Shown piece by piece: positions 27,501 through 39,500 of a DNA stretch of 64,000 nucleotides; position 1 is the stretch's first letter, and each line of letters opens with the position of its first letter. The notes beneath the pieces were generated by a model. That model did not search any database and was not told the DNA's origin. It worked only from the letters and a program-made list of their open reading frames with translations. The DNA lies in contig JASANG010003130.1 in assembly GCA_030248215.1 (NCBI GenBank), positions 1 to 64,000 on the forward strand, read 5' to 3'. The translations under genes were made by a program, and so were the position numbers. The DNA is from Enoplolaimus lenunculus. Its lineage: Eukaryota.

Positions 27501-30500
27501 GTCCAGCCATTTAAGTGTTAGTAAAACTAATATTCAAGTGTAGTAAGCTATATTTTAAGTTTAAGTTTTTAGAGAGTAGGGGCTCATTTTGCTACTTGAC
27601 AGCTATACTTACGTAGCTTGCGAGAAACGGCGCCAAAACGAAACCGAATCCAGCTTGTAGAACAAATATTAACGGATGCAGTTGAGCGGACATTTCACTA
27701 AATCCATCCTGGAACAAAGAAAAGCTAAAGCTATTGGTTTGGTTTGTCAAAGTGTGGATTTTTTAAAGTATCCTGAAGCTAACATTTCTACAGAGCAATC
27801 TAAAATTTAGTTTATCCATCTTTTCATTTGATTAACTATAAAAACCGTTCATCAATTTTTTGCTCTGTTTGTGGTTTTTATGGATAAACATCATATCCCT
27901 ATCGATCACATCTGCATTATTCACATCAGAATTTCATATAAGTTGAACTATATGTAGTTAGTGGTTTTTTCCATTATTCCCCCCAGCCCGCGTTTGCCCT
28001 AAAATCGTTGCATTTAAAAATGTTTTGCATATTTTAGCTTCTAATGACCTCCCCTGATCATTGTACGCTCCAATTTGAATTTTTGAAAAAATTCGACTTT
28101 AACGTTTTAAGGCCCCCCTGACGACCCAAAATTTTTTTGTCAAAGTTAGATAAATTGTGTGCCAATCCACGTAGATGCAAAGCATGTTAAATTTTTCACA
28201 GTCAGACGTTTAGCTAACGAGTTATGATCAAATAATAACTGATTTGGCGCACTACTCATCCTACTAGCGGAATGGGGCGGGTAACAAATTGTTAGGTTAC
28301 AGTTTTAGTGTAAATAATCCATGGTATGATAATTTAACCAGAATGCTAAAAAAATCAACATAACCTTTAGGAAAAACATTGCGGAAATTGAAAACGTCAA
28401 TGTAATTGTAGCCAATGAAAGACAGGATATCGCAAGAGATATGTACTGCTAAAATATCAAAGTTATGGTTTCAATTTATTCACGTGGTTGGAAAACAACA
28501 ATTCAGCTACACTTCTTGTATGATATATATATATACATATATATATATGTAAATTTGTGACCTTAAAATCTATTTTTTGTCTAAGATTCATATCGTTGAA
28601 GAGATTGGCCAAACACTTAAACTCAAAACACTTAGGCTTAGGCTTAAGGATTACGCATAGGTGCAACCTTTGGCAGTAGCTTGAACTTAGGTAATAAACC
28701 TTTTCATAAGCTTAAAACCTAAGCTTGCAAGACTACGAATGCGGAGGAGGTGTACAATTTCATAGGGAGTTCAGGTGACTTGGTTATACATAAAACTTAA
28801 TTTGTGCAGTAGTTTTGCTTAAACTATGAATGGAATCGACATTTCTACTCAATGAATTAAATTACGTACATTGTTTCAACTACAAAAGTAGTTTTCAAAG
28901 AAAACAGCCCGTAAACAAATAACAGAGGCGGAACCCTCTGAAGAGACCAGATAAATATCAGTCTCCCCCGTTTATTCAGGTCACCACAGTATATTCCTTG
29001 TTAGCGAACGAAAACTAAACAAATGCTAACGATTGAACGAGCTGGTATATCTTAATTACCATAACAGCAGATGCAGCTGATTCCAGTGTGCCGGCGTTAC
29101 GAGAATAATTCAAATGATGCGCTAAAAATTAAACGAAAATTGATTAAATACCAACGAACGTATAATCAAGTTAACGCTAATTTTGCTTGTATTGAGATTT
29201 AACAAAATAAGAACATCACTAAAAAATTCGGAAAGTTTGCTTCCTAGCATCTGGATAATGCGTAGATGGTGCGTTTAAGACTAACCATTTGTCAATTTCT
29301 ATTGCCCATATCACCAGTAAGCGAAATGTTTCAAACTTGCAAGTTGCGGCTTAAACTGTTACAATTGCGTATCCCAAAATCGGCACAAAAGTAATGTCAA
29401 CTCGAAAAATGTGCTGAGCGTTGAATTTTACCATTCTCTGGTTCGAACGTTTACAAGACCTATGACCAGCTAGTGACAAGTGCTATTAGCATTTAAACAT
29501 ATGGGCCGCTTATTTAATTCTTTGTAGTTTAATCTCACGTTATTCAGGGCGAAATCTGTTTTGAAAAAACGGGATCAACTGAGTGGCAATGAACCAAGCT
29601 GCAAACGTATACAAGGTTCCCATTTCTGAAGCTTGAAAAACTGTTTCAAAAACTCTTGGTACCAGTAAGTATTAGCAAGAGTGGATGATCACTCTTTATA
29701 ACAAGAGTGTTCAACTGGGTACATTCTGTATATTAAAAAATGTACCAGCACACATGGCATTTTTGTTCGACCCCCTCCCCTCAATCAGGGGGGTTTAAGC
29801 AAGAGATTAACAATAAAGTATGCTTCAGTACACCTACCCCCACCCTCATTTAAGGGGGGTCAACTATGTTGTTTAATCACACTAAAGATGTTTGTATGTG
29901 CATACAGACCCCCTAAACAAGGGGGGTAGGCCAAAACGCAACGCGTGCCGGTACGTTCTTTAATACACAGAATGTACCCAGTGGCATACTCTTGTTATAA
30001 AGAGTGATCATCCACTCTTGGTATCAGGCATGTTATGGGGTCCAGCGGTACTGGCTGCGGTCGGACGGCCCGGCTGACGCCGAATACACCACAAGGCAGA
30101 TATTGTTACCATGAAATATCAACATTCTTCAAGTATAATGTAACCATTAATTTTGTTGCAGCTTTTATTTTGAATATTACGGTCCGCATGGATTTCGCTC
30201 ACTATGTTTTACACTGAAAGCCGTACATGTTTCTTCATCAAAGAAATGACCCTGTCTTCCACTGTAGCGTTGAAACGTTCCATACTCAGCAGAAGGCTTG
30301 TCGCCAGTATAAAATCGCTCGCCAGCCATTGGTTCTTCATTGGCCAACAAAGAAACGCGTGGATCTGTTGAAATATCCAAGCCGTCGCGTTGAATTCCAC
30401 GACCATGGTTCACTGTTAAATGTAGAGATTTCAAAAATTTGGCTGAGTTCATTTGTTAGTTTAACGCCTTCTCACATTTAGTTGCGTATAGGCAACTCAG

Positions 30501-33500
30501 CGCAGTGTATATACGTTAAATAATATATATCGCACCGTGTTTAACAATTGCAACACGTATACATAGTACTAATCACCACAAGACGTGAGAGCCCCCTCGG
30601 TCTCGAGCGTCAAGCTATTATAGCTCAGTGGTGATGGCATACGCCTCCCACTCCAGTCACTAGAGTTCGAATCCTAGCATAAAAGTAGGTCTCACGGGAA
30701 ATAAAAAATATTTATGTGAAAAAGGGTTAAATTTGAAAATATTATTTGTAAACGATGGCTTTACTTAAGATTTTTCAGCTCAACGTTTACGTTATACTTG
30801 CTGAATGAAAATGACAAAGCATTGTAATGTTTAGAAAACATAAAATAAAAAATTTATAATTGATTTTTAAAAACAAAAACATCAGAATTGCACTAAATTG
30901 ACCAGTAGATTATGGCACTCATCGGATGAAAAAATTGAGTTGCAAGATCAAAGTTACAAATCGTATCGCCAGGTGTTGTTAAGCATTGTACATACTCGAA
31001 TAAATGTGGTTTGATCTCTAAACTCCCCAAAGGTAAACTTCCAGTTTGGCAGCAAACCACTGTTTAATGAGTGTGTCTAGAATTTAATTCTGAATATTAA
31101 AATAATTGTTTTTAAAATGTTTTACGTGGGTAACGACCGAGATAAATTTCTATACCTGAAGGTTCCTGCAGATTTTTGTATTTATGCGTCATCAATTTTA
31201 ATTTGCGCCCGGCTTGTGGAAATCAAAACCGCCCTTTTCCAACTTGAGTTTGGAAAGACGGTAGCAGTGGGAAATTGAAAACATGAAATTTGATCAATAA
31301 GTAAATTGAAACCCTTCATAAAACGTACAAGGAATTTGACTAGCAATTTGGGATTTCAATTTTCCAATTGGGAAAATAGAAACGACCGCAATAGAAACTT
31401 CAAACAGTTTTTAAACTCGATTGGAAATTTGATACTGTAGTGAAACGAATAAGGGGGGAGGGAAATAAGAGGTTGGTCCCCATTTTGAGTCCAACCAATT
31501 GGAGTCCGTATCCCTAATAACAGTCCGTAAACGGATAGGGTCCCTAAACCCTAATTAGAGTCAATACATGTCAAGTATCCCTAATTATAGGGCATAAATG
31601 ACTCCAGGCCCAAATAAATTTGAGTTCGAAACTTTAAAGCATACTTAAGTTTGAAGGTGATTACTAAGCTTAACCTTGCATTCTCGCTCAAGCTTTTGAT
31701 ACGACAATTAAACGATTAATTCGACGGATAATTGCAGTTCAGACATATATCAATAACGAATGGTGGCGGAGCGTGGATTAACAATAAATAACAGTCCTTT
31801 ACTGAATAACAGGGGGTACCCTCTGGAGAGGCCAAATAAATATCAGTCCCCTTTCTTATTCGGGTCACTACAATAAGCACTTTTAGGATACTGAAAAGTA
31901 AATTAAACCGTAGTGCTTTACCGCAGTGGAAATTTGAAGACCAGAAATCTGTTACTATTTCTCGCTTGATGCTTTTCTATTGTATGGCAGTTGGAATATA
32001 ACTTTTTAGAAAACCGAAAATGCTACTTACGGGGTCATAAAAAGTTAAATTGAGGTCAAGTTTGTTTATTCAATTGTTTAAGTTCTCCAAAATTGAAACT
32101 ATTAAGCATGCTCGGTCAAAATGTTTGCACGTATTTCAATTGCTTCAGTTCGGAAAGAATTGAAATATATACATGTATACATGTTTGGTCAACATGTTTG
32201 CATGTATTCATTTAGAGTTCTCGTTGAGATATTGTTGTAAATTTTGTCTTTTGTCTAAATCTTAAACTTATTGAGATATTGTTGTAAATTTTGTCTTTTG
32301 TCTAAATCTTAAACTTACTCTTTTGCAGTTAAGCGGAAAACGGATACGCCACATATGTATACATGAGCCAAATTTTAGTTGAGTACAAAAGATTAAAACC
32401 AAGATTTTATATTTTCCATATAAATACATACTATCCTTCTCTCTAATTAGATATTTTGGCATCTGCCACTGATATCCCGATATTACGAAAAACATTATAT
32501 TTTGTGCTAAAATTTAGTCATCTTGCAATTTCCCATATGACGTCAAAAAGTAATAGGGCAGTGGAAAATTGAACTTGCAAAATGTTTCAATTTCGTTAAT
32601 CTTTTGATTTTTTCCGCAAGTTTTAGATTGAAGTTGATAAATGATTATCAATTTAGCACTCGATTTTAGAAAATCGACGCCAAAGGGAAAATAAAAAAGT
32701 TTTCAATTTCATACTGCTACCGTTTTTTCCAAATTCAAGTTGAAAAAAAGGCATTTTTAGCCGGGCGTAAAATTAAAGTGGCTGGCGCATTATTAAGTAT
32801 AAAAACTTAATAATGAAAGTACGTTACGAAGGAAAACTAAAAACATGTTGCACTGGGTAAATTCTTATTGCGATACCTTCACGATTCGATAGGTGGTCCT
32901 CATACGACAGGGAAGGCGAATGATATCTTGGTCGGTGTTTCCGGTGTCGTTTTCGTTTTCTATTTTGTGTTTCGCCATTGCGATCGCGATGACGTTGATG
33001 ATGACGATGTTTGTGGCGTTTTGTTTCATCTGTGACGTCATTGTCAGCATGTCGCCCTTTCTGTCGATGTTTTTTCGTTTGGCGATCATCTAACATTGAT
33101 CAGTTTGATATCAGGTAATGCAATTTTTGTACACTTTTTCCCAAATGTTAATATTTGGTTCGGACCCATAACCAGAGGGGTGACCAGGGGCGGCTGCGTT
33201 CTGTCGGAAAATCTGCCCCATCCCTGTAAAATTTTCAACCTTGTTTTTGAGCTATTGAAAATCCTTGTGTGCCCTCGTGTAAAAGTTTTTAGCCCGCCCT
33301 AGCAAGCTGAGCTGGCTAGGGTGCTGCTTTGGTTCAGTTCAGATAAAAGTTTGCGAAAAAGCCTAAACGTCTTAATCAAAAATGAATAGTTAATTCGAAT
33401 TTTGCCTAAACCTAAAGCTTACGCAGAAACACTTTTTTAAGGAATAAATATATATGCCGGAAGGAAATATACAAGAGCCGTTTATTCGCCAAACTGCATA

Positions 33501-36500
33501 TAAACCACAATATGTCGACTTGAAAGTTGTGTTCAACGCTAAGCTCATATCCAGCTTAGTCGTTAACGGAAGGGGGCAAAACAATATTAGAGTGTATTTG
33601 ATTGATTTCACAAGACTAATACAAACAGGATTGAAACTTAACTTGGGTGTCAAAATTTTTCTGAGAGGGGCTGGCTGAGCCTCTCTGGTCCCTCTTTTGG
33701 CATAGGACCTTCTCATGTCGCCGCTGAGACATACCTTCAGTTAGTACCCGCCCATGATTTGCGGATTGTTCATAATAATTCGCATCACTGACGCGATCGT
33801 TTGACTGTTCCGAAATCCGATGCAGTGGCCTTCGGTCGTGGTCGTCGTTGATTTCAGCATCGGCCGGAAGTAATCCTGGCAGAATCGTCGGGTTCATTGG
33901 CCATACTGGCTGACCAGATCCGAGACGACGAATTGCTCGCAATGCGTGTTCTTTGCGTTGAAGATCCTCCAGTGCTGCGCTGGGAAGTTCTACTGACACG
34001 TGAGAACTGCGGGTGGATGGCGATATCGGAAATTGTGTCTGAGGCAAATGCTAAAATTTTAACTTGGCATTGAATGTGTAACTGCTAGTTGCACGTCGTT
34101 GACAGCTGGTCATGTTAAAATTCACACGCAGTGTTTAGTTTTTTGAGCGTACAGGAAAGTTGTTGTTAAAAGGTGCTGAATGTGGACCAACTAAAAATAA
34201 ATGAAAAGTAGTCTACTTTGTATTAAATATTATAACACAGATTACAGTAGTGACACTGATATTTATTTGGCCTTTCCAGAGGGTACTCCCCTTGTTATTC
34301 GGTTACGGACTGTTATTTATTTTCAACCCACGCTCCACCGCCATTCGTTACTGATATATATCCGGTACTGCAATTATCCGTTGAATTAAACGTTTATTTG
34401 TCTTGTGTCAATAGATTGAGCGATAATACAAAATTATATTTAGGAATGTACTAATTCAAAATTTAAGTACGCTTTAAAGTTTCGAACTCAAATTATTTGG
34501 TCCTGGAGTCATTTATGCGCTACAATTAGAGTTAATTGACATTTACATTTATGGACTCTAATTAGGGTTTAGGGACTACCCGTCTACGGACTCTTATCAG
34601 GGATACGGACTCCAATTGATCTTATTCGGTTCATACAGTACAAACGTAGTATTTTAGGGTTACATGACGTTTGGCTGAAAAGTTAGTTCCGTTTTGCTAT
34701 ATTTGAATGAGCAACCATGGAAATCATAACCATGAATCTCGTGGTTCGATGTTAGCCCAGAAATGGAAATAAAACTGAAACCAGCCATCGTAAACGTTTT
34801 ATCAAGCTTACAGATGGTTCAAAAAATTGTACAGGAGAAGACAAAACTCTGCTCAAGACATTGGGTTTCCTTGGCAAATCTTGGCTATAAAACCGAACAC
34901 CTTACCCGTTCCGGTTCGTTCAAACCAGCTGGAACGCTAGATGATCGGTGGTTTTTGCCTTTTAGCGATTTTTGAACCTTGTGACTCATTCGAACCAGCG
35001 GATTTTTAGGTTTTCTTTTCTTCGGAGCTGTAAACAGTTAATACGTAGCAACAGTTTGAAAGGCTGAATTTTGAATTGAATTCCTCGTACACTAAACCGC
35101 AGAAATGAACGAGCTAAAACAATTAGGAGGCTTAAAACTCTTTTTATACATGGCGTTGATGTTAGATTAATTTGAACCGTATCCTGTAATACAACGTTTA
35201 TCTATGTTTTAAATTCAAATATATGGTCTTTGATGATATGTCAAACGACAAATAATTGGTCTGAAGAGCAGAAAACGCACAAGCAGAAGACTCGGTTGTT
35301 TTTATCCATTATTGCTATTGGATTAGATGTAATCTATACCAGTCGTAGTGGGACTACATTTATTGCGCGAAGCTCGAACACACGTAAGCAATTAAGGTAA
35401 TATGCAAATTAGTTATTAGCTAACTATTAATTTATCGGTTTTGGAGGTTTGTAAGCAATTTCCTCAGATTCCGCGCACCCAAAAACCCTTCAGCCACCCT
35501 AATAATTTTTGGAATAATTGCAAAAGTCCTAATTTTGTCTTGTCAATTAAGCTGATATGCAAATTAGCTATTAGCTAACTATTCATTTATCGGTATTGGA
35601 GGTTTGTAAACATTTTATTCAGATTTCTCGCACCCAAAAATCTTCAGTAAACCCTAATAATTATTGAAATATTTTAAAAAGTCCTAGTTTTGTCTTGTCA
35701 ATTAAGCTAATATGCAAATTAGCTATTAGCTAACTATTCAATTATCGGTTTTGGATGTTTGTAAACTGTTTATTCAAATTCTTAGCACCTAAAAACCCTA
35801 TAGGGCTGAAATTATATTGCTTTTAACCTTAATAATTAGTGAAATATTGTAAAAAGTCGTAATTTAGGCTTACAAACTATGCTAATATGCAAATTATCTG
35901 TTAGCTAACTGCTCAATTATCGATTTTGGAGGTTTGTAAACAGTCTACGCAGATTCCTCGCACCCAAAAATCCTTTAATGGTAAAATTACATTGCTTCTA
36001 ACTGTAATAATTAGTGAAATATTGTGGAAAGTCCTAATTTAGGCTTAATTAATTATGCAAATTAGCCTGTAGCTAATAAACGGCTTAAAATTTTAAAACC
36101 CCAATGCGAGGTTAACACCCTAGGATAATTGGCTTTCAAACAAATAAAGTTTATCAAAATCGGTTCAGCCGTTCCTAAGATTCTTTTCGGACGGACAGAC
36201 GGACAGACGGACGGACGGACATCCACCTTTCGACCCCCAAGTACAAAACATAAAACGCTTCGCGAAACTGAGAGCTTCGCTCGGAGTTTCGCTTCGCTCA
36301 ATAAATAAACTTGGAATACCCGGCATACGTATTTCGTTTAACTTTAAAGCATAACTTTGTTTAGAATATTTTCTTCGAACAGAAACGTGATTGTTCTGTG
36401 AAAAGAAACTTTGCATGCAGTTTTTGTGCTTTCGCGAACTTTTGCGCATTGCCCAAATCCGGCTAATTCGCTTACATTATTACAGATAGATTTTTCACTT

Positions 36501-39500
36501 GTGTGGTAAATTCCATTTTATTAACGTTTAAAAATGCACGAAAAGATTTAAAATCCAAAACAGAGTTTTTTCTGCAAAAAGTCAATGTTTGCTAAATTTT
36601 TCCGCACCTTCTGTCGCAGAAGAATCTGCCACCAGTATGGAAGACGCAGGTGGCGGTGGTGAAATTGATCGCGATTGCAAACTTTGTAGTGATTCTAAAA
36701 ACAGGCAAAATGTGCAAAAGCAGAGAGCAATTAACTCTGTGGCTAAACACGACGCAGCCAGAACTTCACTTCGCAAGGGTATAATTTCATTTCAGTGCTT
36801 TTTGCAAACGAACGTAGCGAACAAAAATTTCGTATATGTCAAAATCCAGCAGTTAGTGTTACAACTGCGGTTTGCTCGCCTCCATAAAAAAATTTCTATA
36901 CGCAATATTGCAAACTTTACCTTACTTTTAGGTATAAATTGTAACCAAGGTGTAACCGGCTATCCGTTTCCGTTTCTGGTAAAATTTGGCTTCCTGTTCC
37001 GTTACAAAAATGTCGGAATTTGTTATTTTTATGTTTAAAATTAGTTATAAATCACGCAAATATCTTGAAATGTTTCATTACAAACATGCTCAATTGTTCG
37101 ACATGAAATAAAAATCACGAAATTCATCAAAATCTAAAAATTTTCTGCGAATCCGCCAGTTTCATATTTAGAGCGCTCGGGGAATATTTGCATGCCTCCA
37201 TTGTGTTGGCAAAAAATAAACATCTTTGAAACCGTTATACTTCAATATTTGTTATGCGTTTCCGTTATTTTGATGAGTATCCGTTTCCGTTACCGTTATT
37301 TTCTAATCCGTTTGCACCCGGCTGACAACCAAAATGAGTCGAATCTGAGCAACATGCGAACATGAATTTATGCGAAAATATTAAATTCGAATGAATCCAG
37401 GACGTCAGTTACTTGATTAAGGGTATATATAACAATATAAACCTGATTCTGGCGCGGCAAACCGTTGGCGATCCATTGCTTGGGGGAGTCCTTCCGGATG
37501 CGAACCACGCGAATGTGTGGAAGGATGATGAACATACTCCGTGGGCGAAGGCTGATCCAAAGTGGGCTGGGTTAGAATGATTTGAGGTGGTCGGGTAGCG
37601 TATTCTAAAATGACAGTAGGTATTTCAAGATAAAACGACAGTTTCAGTTAGTAATACGCACACGCTGCAGGCCCTAAGCCAGCTTACATTGCTGGAATGT
37701 GTTGAGAATTTTCAGGAGGGGCATACAAGGATTTTTGTTGACATACAAGCAAGATTGAAAATTTTCTATAAGGGCCTAAATTTTTTCAGCGGGCTGAGTG
37801 CCCTCGGGCACCCCCGCTGGCTACGGTCCCGGCAGCCTGGTAAATTTAATATTTAACACTGAACATTATAAAGTTTTTCGAAATATCTTTGCAAGGAAAT
37901 TGGTCTTTTTGACTTCAGGAAAACCGTTTTCTTTGACAGTTAGCACTGAAGTATATAATCAATATATTTTCTCTTAATGATAACTTGCCTGAACGGTTCT
38001 AAAAGATGTGCAATTATGTGAAAGCTCATGGCAGTAACATAGGCCTAAACCAACAGTTTTCTAAATATAATATATATATCTATATATCTATATATCTATA
38101 TATATGTGTATATATATAATAGTTTCAACATTTTGTCGGCAATCTATTGCGTAAACGTCTCCATCTAAATACAGCTCCACAACATTTATGCCTTAGTTGG
38201 AGCTAATCCGGTTTAATAATACCAAGCTCGTGGGTCAAAAAGAACAGCTGGGATCACATTTTGAGGGAATGTGTGAGCTTTCGGGCTGCACGGAAATTTT
38301 AATGATAGCATCAGGAGCGACAGGATCCCGTGCAAGCTCACGCCAGCTGGCGGAGCTTTGATTCGGAAGGTTCTGAGCCGTAATGGGCAGCCCTTGAAGT
38401 TTCGGAACTCTGGAGGGTTGCTGTATGCTCATGTGCACAGGTCTAGAAATCGATCTAACTCGTATAGATGCACAGACTTTGTAAATCCGTTCCGGGTGAG
38501 CTGTGGGTGCTTCCATAGCTTAAAAAGGTTGAAAACTATTGCGAATAATCTATGTCGACTTACAATCTGTATCGATCTAATTTGAACCTTATACAATTGT
38601 TTTAAAATCGGATTCTGCTGCCCTAAAAACTTCTTAAAAATTTCGAAAGCTGTCGAAATTTCTGGAAGCTAGCTATCTTTTAAGTAGTTTTGTGATAGAG
38701 TATTGGCCTGATATACGTTTACTTTGAATAAGGCGTCGGTGTGGTGAAGAATATTTTTCGTATGTTATGTTAGATGTGCATTGCTTTGTTGTTTACCTAT
38801 TGCATGGGTTGTTAAAAGTTTCTGTGGGTGTGAAAGTTTTCTGATAAAGCGTACGAAAACCTGTTATGCAAAGTAGTTAGAGGTGTGGTGAATGTATTTC
38901 TTGGGGAATAACTGCGTTTTAGAAAAAAACAAGTTACACTCAAGTAATTACTTGTACTGGTTTTCAGTTTTAGAGGACGGTCTAAAGAACTGATAGAGAT
39001 CAGTGCGGCGTGAGAATTTATATATTTTTATTGTTATTTTGTGTGGAGTTTGCTTTGTTTTGCTACTGGTAAAATTAATTGTTAGTTATGGCATATAGAT
39101 GTGAGCAAGCGTGTAACAACCCCCCACAGCAGCGGGTCGGTTGGTCATGTGCAGTGAGACCTGGCTGTTGTAAACATCAAAACGCCCGGCCACTCCCGTG
39201 CCCGGTTCATGCAATTCTGGATACCGTGGTAAGACTACAGTTCATTTTGACTTGAAGTTATATCCTGGCCCTCTATAAATTAGTGTGCGCCCTCGAAAAG
39301 TTAGCATTGCTGCAAGTCCGGGCCTGGTCAAACTACTGCTTGCGTAAATTTTAGTGCGTTTTGGACTAACCGAAAATTATATAAAACAGTTAAATAAACA
39401 ATATGGAGCAAAGCTCGTCAAAATCATCACCGCCGTTAAACCCTCAAGCCGAGGAGTTTAGGCCGACAACCTCCGGCGATCGGTGGGCTGTGGGTCAACA

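Noticed and set aside
32224..32317. Perfect 47-bp tandem duplication
   Set aside because: Intronic slippage duplication with no evident function.
36589..37038. 149-aa + strand ORF
   Set aside because: Antisense shadow of minus-strand exon 36694-36608 plus MITE sequence.
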